The notes under the pieces were generated by a model. The model did not search any database. It was not told the DNA's origin and saw only the letters and a program-made list of their open reading frames with translations. From Ginglymostoma cirratum (Eukaryota), in NCBI GenBank assembly GCA_024137785.1, contig JAHRHZ010000021.1, positions 42,520,305 through 42,583,244 on the forward strand: 62,940 nt of DNA, given 5' to 3'. Both the position numbers and the translations under genes were made by a program. Below are positions 12,500-23,640 of this stretch, piece by piece (the first letter of the stretch is position 1; each line of letters starts with the position of its first letter).

Positions 12500-14280
12500 C
12501 TTTGCCTCTAGAGAGGTGTGTACTTGCGAATGATCATGTAGTGTCACATGCAGGGTGGCCATAAGAATGGAACAGGAGTGGAGGCAAGGAGCTATTAAAA
12601 AGCATTCATGTTAACTTTGGATTTGATGATCTCCTCACTAAGGTGGTAAGACCTGGCTATACTCATCAACACTTAAGGGTTGAAGAATGCCAGAAATCAG
12701 CTGCTATACAGGATGCTTCTCTGAGATGATCAATACTTACCACTGTAAGGTCTGTAGTCCTTGAGATGCATGAAGAGGCTGCTCAGCTCTGACATTGTAG
12801 TGTGTAACATGACTGTACAGCTAAAACGTCAGTTAGACATGTGATGGTTTAAAGTGTGTATGTGAGATTGGTTTTAACAATGAAGTATGTCATCTGTGCC
12901 ACCTATGTACCATGCCCTCACACAATGTCTCAGGTTTGCATCTGGATAGGAGTGGAGACTGCTCTGTAGTGAGGTCTGTTTGTCTGGGCGATTTGGGTAC
13001 ATGATACCAGGGCCTTTTGTGGCTGGAGCGTTCAGAGAGAGTGTTTGGAGAGTGTGCTGCCCACAGGCAGGCTCAGCCTCTTCACCTACACGTTCCACAA
13101 GGTTTGAAATTCACAAGCAGAAGGGAGGTAGAGGGCCTAGTATCTCTGGGCTATTTCATCCTTGCCCAGTTGTGGAGAAGTGCCAGTGATGTATTCACCA
13201 GAATGCATTCCCACATCTAATCTAGAAAGAGCACCTATTGAGGTGAGAGTCTGTGAGCTGATGGAGGGGGGAGGTAAAAGCCTTGCTTCTTCCTCTCAGC
13301 AGGAGCTGAGGGGCTGGCTGTTTGGGGTGGAGGCAGTGTGGGTGCCGCTGGTAGATGCTTGAGAGGCTATTAGTTCTGCAACAGTGTTGAAGTTAAGCAT
13401 CGTTAGTATACATTCAGTGGTGGTAATGAAAGTGCAGAATGACACAGCGCAACAAAGCTTACTTGGTGGTCCCGACCTGCAGGTCTCAGATCTCCATGTG
13501 AGTATTTCAATCCTCTCCAACCAGTTTGAGGATTGTCTCCTTACTTAGGGTGAGGACACAAATGTCATCCACCTTTCCCAACCCATCCTTGCTATCACCA
13601 CCCTGTCATGTGATACTTTCTCCTGCAATGAGACAAAAGGACGAAATAGTGAGATGGAAGTGGCTTGAAGGGCTGTTCGTGATGATGCAGGGTCAGAGAT
13701 GATGGTGGTGAACTGCTGCCAGCCGTGGATAGGAAGACAGAGGGCAGGGGTTAGCAGATTGTGAGGATGAGTTGGGTGAGAGCCATTGAGTGAAGATGCT
13801 ACACACAACAGATTGGTAGACCATTAATCTTGATGGGAGGTGTGTGTGCAATGGCAGAGTTAGTGATCATGGGAACGCAGGAAGTCATTGACCTTCTTTC
13901 AACATTGTTGGCTGCTTCTTATTGCCAGGACACTGCACAGACCCGGCTGGCTATCTCTGTCCAGATTAGGAGTATCTAATGCCACAATTTCCCTTCCCCA
14001 CCACTCCATTCACCTCCTCTGTTGGGTGAAGCAGTGTGCTGGCTTGACTTTCTTGGCCAGGTCCCTCTGTGATGAAATCGACGAACCGAGTTCCTGATTT
14101 GCAACATTTGAAGCGGATGCTGGGATATAAACATGGACCTGCAGTCTAAATGCCTCTGCTGTCACACAATTGAAGGAGAATAGTGCGGTGGAGCCCGGAT
14201 CCATAATTAATCAGTTGAGCAATAGAAGATTGCAAGAGGAAAGTTGCCACGAGGCATGGTGGAAAATCTTTCATGGAACT
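12500..14280 (-). mobile_element. Probable PIF/Harbinger DNA-transposon relic (Myb/SANT-like gene remnant)
   Basis: Minus strand 13967-13872 reads, with one frameshift and stops, IWTEIASRVCAVSW..RSSQQC*KKVNDFLRS, a Myb/SANT-like helix pattern. A later ttgcag|EKVSHDRVV piece lies near 13622. The region is richer in GC than the flanking intron. Confidence 0.5.
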
Positions 14281-15016
14281 CTCCATAAATGACACCTAGT
14301 CCAAAAAAATGGAAAAATTCAGACCTACATTTTACAGTTTTTGTGCTCACTTCAGTTCAGCAACATAGATTTGTTCAGTTTATTAATTGTGGTAGCCTTC
14401 CTATTTCTGTATTCCAGTCTTGTATCTACATTTCTTATGATTCACATAGGCTGCCTCTGGTGTATTTAAAAGCCCTTCGTCCTGATCAATCTTTTTCTGA
14501 TGGGAAAATTGATTTCAATGGACAACAGATAGTTCTGGTCTCGATCTAAAACGTAAAGTCTGCAGAAAGTTCATTCCTTTTTTATCTGCAAAACTAAATA
14601 CAATCCTCATCGCCAGTGTGTGAGAAAGACATTTTGCTGATTCAACAAAAATGGAATACAGTTTCATTGGGCTCAATTTATTAGCAATAGGGAACATTCA
14701 GAAGGCAATGAATTGAATGTCTTTTTTTTTATTGAACACATGCAAATTTGTTCTGATTTCGGACAAAATTAATTTTTCTAAACTCCATTTTGATAATCTC
14801 AATTCCAAAAGAGATTTGAGACTCAATCTTTCTTTATATATGAGCTGGAATGATTCTCCTGATTTCTCAAAGCCAAATGTTGAAACAAATTTTATGATGT
14901 TATTTAATTAGCATTTTTAGGGAATATCTTCACAACACCATCATTTAGATTTCAGGCTTTCATTATTGTGTTATATAGCCAATTTGGTGGCACAAATAGA
15001 GCTATTTATCTACTGT

Positions 15017-15137
15017 TGAAGGGTAATACCTGAAACGTTAACTGCTCCTTTCCTCCAGATGCTGCCTGGCCTGCTGTGTTCTTCCAGCCTCCTGTTTGCC
15101 TACCTTGGATTCTAGCATCTGCAATTTTTTTTGTTTC
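15017..15137 (+). mobile_element. Short PLE-type element truncated inside the hammerhead core, 10-bp TSD
   Basis: Begins tgaagggtaatacctGAAACGTTaactg, continues gatgctgcctggcctgctgtgttc..ggattctagcatctgca. TSD tatctactgt at 15007-15016 and 15138-15147. Confidence 0.75.
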
Positions 15138-15537
15138 TATCTACTGTAGGCTGGTGCTTTCTGAGAATCTGTTTTGAATTTCCCATTTCCATGTTATTTT
15201 GGAGGCCTGGAGCCTTGCAGCCAGCAGAGCGAAAAGAAAATTTCACATTATTGTTCTGATGTGAGCTAAATTCTAATCCAGGTCCCCAATTCAGTAAGAT
15301 AGTCTTTCGATTCAGTGCGTCTGATATGCACGCAATGTTTTAGTTTGTATCGTAATTTAAATTTCTGTAAATATCAGAAAGGTGTTTGTGTGGGAATGAT
15401 GGGGATGTTGCATAATTGTACATAAATTGAAACAAAATAAATGTGTCTTATATCTTCTACACCATGAAAGTGTAACTAACATTTATTCTACACACATAAA
15501 GATGAGAATAGTAATTGTTTTGTCAAAATGTTTTCAG

Positions 15538-15633
15538 ATGCAAATCTTCTGCTTTGAGTCAAATCTTTTTGAAAGCTTTGAGGAGGCGGTGCAAGGACAA
15601 GGCAGTCTCAAAGTTCTGTCTGTCTTATTTGAG
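15538..15633 (+). CDS. PTPRZ1: PTPRZ1 exon 5 equivalent
   Basis: ttttcag| ... |gtaatt; 96 nt, phase 0/0; MQIFCFESNLFESFEEAVQGQGSLKVLSVLFE. Confidence 0.95.
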
Positions 15634-15708
15634 GTAATTGAGTTTTAATGCATTTGTGTAAAGCCATTGATCCTTCTTTGGAAAGCTGTAAACTATGCAA
15701 AAGATTAA

Positions 15709-16035
15709 TTTTTTCCATTTATTCATGGGATCTGGGCATCATTGGCTCATCCCTAATTACCCAGATGGCAGTTAAGAGCCGACCACGTCGCTGTGGGTCT
15801 GGTGTCACAGGTAGGCCAGACCAGGTAAGGATGGCAGATTTCCTTCCCCCACAGGACATTAGTGAACCAGATGGATGTTTTCCAGACAATCAGCAATGGT
15901 TTCATGGTCTTAATTCCAGATTATCATTGAAGTCAAATTCCACCATCTGCCGTCGCGGTATTCGAACCCAGATCCCCAGAACATTACCTGAGTCTCTGGA
16001 TTAATAGTCGAGGATTAATACCACTAGCCGTCTCC
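15709..16035 (-). mobile_element. Second tRNA-derived SINE family
   Basis: Minus strand head ggctagtggta..gggttcgaatacc (B box at 15957-15969). Tail gggtaattagggatgag..cccatgaataaat is shared with the LINE at 28576-29512. Second copy at 47890-48215. Confidence 0.75.
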
Positions 16036-16639
16036 AATATTTTTCATTTTTTTCAGACCAGCCCCGCGTTTCTATTTCTTCTTTCAAATCTGTAATTGGG
16101 TGCAAGAGAGTAAATTTTACAAATGTGTACTTCCTTTCCCATTGGGAGCACAGATCAGATGACAAACTGGGAGGAAAATTTTCAATTGCCCTATGTATGC
16201 ATGGCTCCTTACTAAAACATAAATTGATAGAATATGACCGGACTTATTCCTTGTCCAAGGAAAGGAATGTTTGTTTATGGGCATTAATTCCTTACATTTG
16301 CAATGACTTCACGCCCTATCTTGGAGCTGGCAATTGCTAAATTTGTCTCTTTTAGCATTCCATACTTTGAGAAGAAACACACTAATTTTATTGTCACGCG
16401 TGCTAGCTCACTCTTTGTTAGGATTTCAACACTGTTCAATTCCCTACCTCTACAATCGGCAGGCTTCTCAAATGCAAGATCATTATTTGATGCTTCGCTT
16501 CCTTGCCCTTTTGGAAGTTTTCAATCATGCACTTTAGAACTTTCTCAGTTGGAAATCTGCAATGAAAGAGCATTTTTTTTTTTGGAGAAATTGAAATACG
16601 ATTGAACCTTCAGAGTTCCAGAATGCAAATTGCAGTATC

Positions 16640-17445
16640 TACCAATTGTGGTAGATGTCAATAAATGGTCCAAACATATTTGTCTCCTCCCTGCATGATA
16701 GGTTGTAAGGTTTTTCTGTGAAGCACTGAAATTTGTCTATGGGCCAGCAGCTCAAACACAAAAGCCTCTTAAAGAGTGCCAGTGGCAAGACACAGCATAT
16801 CAAAAAGGTGCCAGTCCTAAATCACTGGTCAGAGCAATTTGAAACACTTGGCATTGCCAAGTGCACAATGCATGAAACTGCCATCCGCCAACTGACAGCA
16901 GCTTGTCAAAGAAGAACTGAATAAAAGCCCAATTGTGTGACTCACATTAATTAGATGAACAGAATAAAGCCCCAGGGTTTAAGGAATTTCATCTGAAGCC
17001 TTGAAGCATGGTGACTCTATCCTACACACCAAGTTCTTGAGCTTTTCATGGCTTGTGAGAACCTGTGTGATGCTGTTATCATCACGTTTTACAAAAAGAA
17101 AGGAGAAAAGTTAGATTGCTCCTCCTACTGTGGGATCACCCTCCTTTCTATTGCTGAGAAGATCCTGACTGGAATGCTACTTAACAGGCTGGTCTCTGTC
17201 GTTGCAAAATAAATTCTTCAAGAAAGCCATTGCGGTTTCAGACTAAACAGAGCTTTCACAGACACTTATTTGGCTAAGTACAAATACCAAGAAAAATGCG
17301 GTAAGCAAAGCCAAGGCCTGAATGTCACCTTTCTAGACATCACAGCAGTTGGCACAGTGAGCAGAGATGGACTTTGGAAAGTCCTAAAAAACATTGAAGT
17401 CCACCAACATCATTGCCGTAGTAAAGCAACTTCATGCTGACATAA
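16640..17445 (+). mobile_element. Degenerate RTE-clade LINE RT fragment
   Basis: Translates in pieces to DAVIITFYKKKGEKLDCSSYCGITLLSIAEKILTGMLLNRL..ESHCGFR..QEKC, typical of the RTE RT N-terminal region. Confidence 0.75.
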
Positions 17446-18496
17446 AACAGCCACCAGATTGCAGTTTTTAGTTAAATCCCAATATTACAGTCTACCAAAG
17501 TGCAGTTAAACATTTGTTGCTGAGTTAACTTTTGTGAAACTTTTTTGTTTTTTTGCTTTCACCTCTCTGCTGAGGACACTTTTTAACAAGGATTCTATAA
17601 CTGCATTGTTTAGTATGTCTTTGGAATTGGAACAATGGACTTCCCACGTGCCTTCTCCTCTTTTTTTTTTCGAAGCACTAAGCGGGTAAAATGGACAAGT
17701 GCCAAAACTCATACTGAGCCAGAATCAGATTGTACCTACTGGATGTTACCCTCTAATCCACATTTATAAGCTGAGGCATACCTGTTTGCCAGTGTTTTGC
17801 TGCCTACGTGGAGTATGATTCATTGAACAACCACCTACTGAAATGTACTATCTGGTGACATTTACAATTGGTGTCACATACAGCAGCTTGGGACCGGCAG
17901 TGTCAGTAATAGGAAGAATCCTCAGTCACCTCCGTGCATTACTGTCTGGAGTGGATTCCTGGAGTGAGAGGCAGACTCCCCTTATTGCCAACACTGTTTG
18001 CTGTTTCACCTCGACTTTTCCAGTGTTCAAAGAGCTACACGGAATTCCTGATCTTTACTCTGCCTCACAAGGCTCACCACAACTTGTAAACTCTTCCCAT
18101 TGTTTAAATGAAAGATCAATTTATCTAGGATCTTGTAAATATTTCCATGTCAAAATAAACAGAGACTTCAGTGTGTTTTCATAACATTTTGATTCCTGCT
18201 GAGATTCTTTTATTACATATAAAGTAAGACATTTGGTTATTTGCAAAGTATTACAAATAATGACTTGTGAATAGAAGAGGTACTGTGAGAAGAGTAATCG
18301 TTTTCTTACAGTACACTAACATGGATTTTACATGTGATTTGTCACTGGTGCGTGCTTTAAACAAATCACGAACAATATGTCAAGGAGATAAGACCCTTTT
18401 AACATACATCATATCTAAACTTAATCTCCAATGTGCTATTAATGTGTCTGTGTTGAAGCATACGATTAGTTTTTAAAATTGTCTCCAATTTTACAG

Positions 18497-18563
18497 ATTG
18501 GTCCAGAGGATAATATGGATTATGAAAATGTCATACGTGGTGTGGAAACAGTTAGTCGATGTG
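18497..18563 (+). CDS. PTPRZ1: PTPRZ1 exon 6 equivalent; absent from the ORF track
   Basis: ttttacag| ... |gtaagt; 67 nt, phase 0/1; IGPEDNMDYENVIRGVETVSRC(G). Confidence 0.93.
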
Positions 18564-19380
18564 GTAAGTTCTGTGAATAGTAGTCAAGGAGCGAACCACA
18601 CCAATGTATCTAGATTGAAAGAAATGAAAAGGCCTCAGAATTCTGACTGAGCAAAATGATTTATTTCATGTTATTATAATAGGATTGTGAAATAATATAA
18701 GAACAGGAAAATAAGTTTTCGTTGCATATATTGTGCAAATGTTAACTAAAACCTCTTCTTAAAAAATTGGTAAAGATACTGGAAATAAAAATCAAGTAAA
18801 TCAGCAATCTCAAAAATGATTTGGATACTGAAATCAATGGGACACAATCCAGGCAGACACTCTGGGATTGGGGCCGACAATGGCATCCAGTTTTATCTTT
18901 GTCGGAGTTGGCAGGGTTATTTAGAGTCACTCTTCAGGCAGTAGTCAGGTGCAAACACTGCAAGCACAGCTCCAGCAATCAACAGAATGGGGCCCTCCTG
19001 TGTAACGGCTCGGGTTCAAGTTCGAGTTCCACCTCTTCCAGAGTGATACAACATCTCAGAACAGGTTGATTAGAAATATAGGTCAAATAAAAGAAAAATC
19101 AACAGAAAGCGCCCAGTTGTGATGCAGTGCTAGTGTCCCTAACTTTGATCCAGGATAACAATGTTTTAAGTCCCACCAGCTCCAGAAGGGCATAACAACA
19201 CCTTTGAGGTTGATTGGGGTGAGAAACATTTTACAATCAACAGATAATCCAAACCTCACTCGCACTCAAGGGAGAGTGCACAGGAGTTTTAATATTTTAA
19301 AATAATAAAGCTCCCTTTTCTTCAAGTCTAGAAAACATACTTTTGCACTACCTGTGCATTTTGTTTTATTGTTGGTCTAT

Positions 19381-19745
19381 GGGCAGCATGGCGGTTCAGT
19401 GGTTTGCACTGCTGCCTCACAGCTCCAGGGACCCAGCTTCGATTCTGTCTTCAGGTAACTGTCTGTGTAGAGTTTCCACATTCTCCCCATCTCTGCTTGG
19501 GCTTCCTCCAGGTGCTCTGGTTTCCTCCCACAGCCCAAAGATGTGTAGGTTAGTCAATTTACTGTGCTAAATTGCCCATAGCGTCCAGGGATTTGCAAGC
19601 TAAGTGGATTAGCTATGGGAAATGCAGGTTTAGAGGGATAGGGTAGGGGATTTGGGTCTGGGTGGGATGCTGTTCAGAGGATTGGTGTGACCTCGATGGG
19701 TTGAATGACCTGCTTCACACGGTAGGGATTTGATTCTATGATTCC
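19381..19745 (+). mobile_element. V-SINE (HE1-like), full length
   Basis: gggcagcatggcggttcagtgg A box, ttcgattc B box, V-domain, tail gtagggatttgattctatgattcc. Confidence 0.88.
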
Positions 19746-19872
19746 ACAGTTTATTTTTCAGCTCGGAAATATTTGCCAACATTTTCAGGCATTGCAGGGA
19801 ACCCTTTCAGAGATACAAGACTCAAAGCTCCCCAAAGGTGTTCTTGAAGCTGCATGTAACCCAAGCCAACTT

Positions 19873-20383
19873 CCAACACCTTCCAGTCGCGAACCATTTC
19901 ACTACACCCACCACCACCCCCCCACCTCTCCCTGGGCAACATGTCCATCCTGGGCCTCCTTCAGTGTCACAATGATGCCACCTGGAAACTGGAGGAGTAG
20001 CACCTCATATTCCGCCTCGGGAGCCTACAACCCAATGCTCTCAACGTGGACTTTACCAGTTTCAAAATCTCCCCACCCCCGGCTTCATCCCATGACCAAC
20101 CTTCCCTCTCATCCCTGCCTCCTTGACCTGACACATCCTGTCCACCTTCTCTCCCACCTATCCGCTCCTCCCGCCTCACTGACCAATCCCCACCACTGCC
20201 TACCTGCCCTCACATATCACCATCCCAACTACCTTCTCCACCCCATCCCTCCTCTCTCTATTTATTTCGGAGCTCCCTTCCCCATCCCCATTTCTGAAGA
20301 AGGATCCTGACGCGAAACGTCAACTTTCCTGCTCCTCTGATGCTGCCTGGCCTGCTATGCGCTTCCAGCTCCACACTGTGTTA
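19873..20383 (+). mobile_element. 5'-truncated Penelope-like element (GIY-YIG C-terminus plus 3' region, hammerhead at 20294-20321)
   Basis: Encodes NMSILGLLQCHNDATWKLEE*HLIFRLGSLQPNALNVDFTSFK, followed by CTGAAGA-aggatcctgacgc-GAAACGTC. Confidence 0.85.
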
Positions 20384-20621
20384 TAAATAACTTTCCCATT
20401 TCTGATTTCTAGAATGCTATGCCACAAATTAATAAATTCACTGGATATATAAATTCATACTGAGATAATGAATTTAAACTTTGAATGAACACACCTTAAA
20501 TTCCCCTTTCTGTTACTATGGGGTAGCTATTCTTCCAGCTTATTTTAAGCACTTCCAAAACAATAGGGATTGGGTGAGCACATTGAGTACTTGCACATAT
20601 TCAACCAAATCCAGTGAGGGA

Positions 20622-20724
20622 ATAGAGCATAGAGCATAGAGCATAGAGCATAGAGCATAGAGCATAGANNNNNNNNNNATAGAGCATAGAGCATAGAGCA
20701 TAGAGCATAGAGCATAGAGCATAG
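20622..20724 (-). repeat. (CTCTATG)n tandem 3' tail of the adjacent CR1; contains a 10-N gap at 20669-20678
   Basis: Perfect catagag heptamer array abutting the CR1 3' end. Confidence 0.92.
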
Positions 20725-22160
20725 AACAGTACAGGCTCTTCGGCCCACTATGTTGTGCCGAACTTTTACCCTGAGCCTAATGTCTATCTAATCTCCACCG
20801 CTACCTTATACTATCATCCATATGCCTATCTAATAGCTGCTTAAATGCCCCTAATGAGGCCGACTCCACTACCCTCTCCGGCAATGCATTCCACACCCCG
20901 ACCACTCTCTGAGTAAAGAACCTACCCCTGACGTCTCCCTGATATCTACCTCCTTTCACTTTAAAACTATGTCCCCTCTTAAAAGCTACCTCCACCCTAG
21001 GAAAAAGTCTCTGGCTGTCCACTCTATCTATACCTCTGATCATTTTGTACACCTCTATCAAGTCACCTCTCATCCTTCATAGTTCTAAAGAGAAAAGCCC
21101 TAGCGCTGTCAACCTTTCCTCGTAAGACCTTCCCTCCATTCCAGGCAACATCCTGGTAAATCTCTTCTGCACCTTTTCTAATGCTTCCACATCTTTCCTG
21201 TAATGAGGTGACCAGAACTGGACACAATACTCCAGATGTGCCGAACCAGGCTTTTGTATAGCTGGAGCATAACATCACGGCTCTTGAGCTCAATCCCTCT
21301 AATAATGAAAGCTAACACACCATACGCCTTCTTAACAACTCTATCCACCTGGGTGGCAGCTCTCAAGGAACTGTGAACATGAACCTCAAGATCCCTCTGC
21401 TCCTCCACACTGCCAAGAATCTTACCATTAACCCTGTATTCTGCTTTCAAGTTTGTCCTTCCAAAATGAATCACCTCACACGTTTCAGGGTTAAACTCCA
21501 CCTGCCACTTCTCAGCCCAGCTCTGCATCCTATCATTGTCCCTTAGCAACCTTGAACAGCCCTCCGCACTGACCACAACGTGACCCACCTTCGTATCGTC
21601 CGCGAACTTGCTAATCCACCCTTCCACTCTTTCATCTAAATCATTTACAAAAATCACAAATAGAAGAGGACCCAGAACAGATCCTTGTGGTACACCACTT
21701 GTAACTGAGCACCATGTTGAATATTTTCCGTCCTCTACCACCCTTTGTCTTCTAAGGGTCAGCCAATTCTGAATCCAATCTGCCACATTTTCCCCCTATC
21801 CAATGCCTCCTTACCTTCTGCATGAGCCTACCATGGGGAACCTTATCAAACGCCTTACTTAAATCCATGTATACCACATCAACTGCTCTACCATCATCCA
21901 CGTGTTTGGTCACCTCTTCAAAGAATTCAATAAGGTTTGTGAGGCATGATCTACCCCTCACAAATCCATGCTGACTATCACAAATCAAACTGTGCCTTTC
22001 CAAGTGATCATAAATCCTGTCTCTCAGAGCCCTTTCCAATAATTTGTTCACCATTGATGTAAGACTAACTGGCCTGTAATTTCCAGGGTTATCCCTGTTC
22101 CCTTTTTTGAACAAGGGAATGACGTTTGCCTCTTTCCAATCTTCCAGCACTATAGCTGTG
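20622..22160 (-). mobile_element. Relatively young 5'-truncated CR1 LINE (ORF2 RT, few frameshifts)
   Basis: Minus ORFs: DWKEANVIPLFKKG..NYRPVSLTS..QHGFVRGRSCLTNLIEFF..KAFDKVPH; SGVPQGSVLGPLLF..SKFADDTK; RGDLIEVYK..FFTQRVVGVWNALP. Confidence 0.95.
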
Positions 22161-22493
22161 GAATAAGCAATTAAATCTACTTGTAATCTCAGCAATAGGG
22201 CTCACCGGGTTGCCAATTTATAAAACTGTGCAAGTAATTATGACTTTGTGTGGTGTGAGTGCTAGCGAATTAATTTGAGTTAAAAATTGGGAAAGAGATC
22301 TTTTAAAAAGGGCTGCTTCTAGCTTGCAAAAAATGCCATTTAGCTCAAAGCTACCCCTTGTATTCTTTGATAATTTTGCTGCATGAACCTCTATTTATAT
22401 AGCATGCCAGCATTAATATTGATATTTGGTAGTTAAAACAATGATTTATTCTCTTTACAACGAATCTGCATCCAAGATTTTGTATTGCTTTAG

Positions 22494-22651
22494 GAAAACA
22501 GGCTCTGGTGGAACCATTCATTTTACTGAATCTTCTTCCAAACTCCACGGATAAATATTACAGTTATAACGGCTCCCTTACTACACCTCCCTGTACGGAA
22601 ACTGTCCAATGGATTGTTTTTAAAGAAACTGTTCCCATTTCTGAAACTCAG
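22494..22651 (+). CDS. PTPRZ1: PTPRZ1 exon 7 equivalent
   Basis: ttgctttag| ... |gtaaat; 158 nt, phase 1/0; (G)[52 protein letters not shown] with the CA motif [10 protein letters not shown]. Confidence 0.97.
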
Positions 22652-23640
22652 GTAAATTTAACTATTTTACAGTGTTTAAGTTGTGCAGTAGTTTGTAAAT
22701 TGTGTAGCTTAAGGTACCATTTAGAAAAGTCAGAGGATGTGACGGAAATATAATCTACTGTGTCAGCAATAACTGCAGAGCCGCGCTCCCTATTCCCAAT
22801 CCACAAGATACCATTCAAGCCAATTCCAAAAGACTGTGTGGTACATAATCTTCTGCAAAATAATTGCTGAGTGAGTACAGTGTGCAGCCCCAGAAATGTT
22901 TAACTTTTCACATTATAGTGCATTATTTTTACAAGGAACTTAGTATGTATGTGTGTGTTTATGAAGATTGTAATTCTCAGAGTAAGGTACATAATGAGCC
23001 TCATTTGATTCTTCCTATTGGGTTTCTATTATCCCTTCTTAGTGCTGTCCTTGAAACATTGTCAGAACATTAGATTTCTCGAGTATATATTTCCATTTCA
23101 GGAATTATGCTGCATGGTAGAAGGAAGTATCAGAAAATCTTCAGCTCCAGCCCATGACTTTTCCTTTTCCACTATCACCTCCCTTGCCCCCATTCCTCAC
23201 CTACAAAATTGTACTTAATTGATGGCCACTTACAAACATTTTGTGCATCGTTTCCCAACATGCATTTATAGTCAGCCCCGAGAGAACTAAAGTGGAAAAT
23301 CCTAGAAATCAGAAATATATTGAATTAGCTACAGGTTTAAAAATATAAATAAATAGACTTTCACAGTCATCAGAGGTATGTTTATTTTCTGAGCAAATTA
23401 ACATTAATTAAGATACGGTTATTTATGGGCCCAATCTTCACCACTGGCCAGAGAAATGGGAGTCCGGCTTGTTCCAAATTCTGAAACCCAAGTTCACCTC
23501 TGAATATGTTTATCTCCTACAGAAGTGGATGGGGAGGGATTGAGTTTTGAAAAGTAGTGTGGGTGCATATCAGTCTGGTTAGAACACCTCTCTCTGTTCT
23601 TAGGGATAGCAGCCCAGGATCCAATGTTTTCTTATCCTCC

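Noticed and set aside
20540-20748. SMLYALC-repeat ORFs or a CRISPR-like array
   Set aside because: This is the translation of the heptamer CR1 tail. There are no spacers and the context is eukaryotic.
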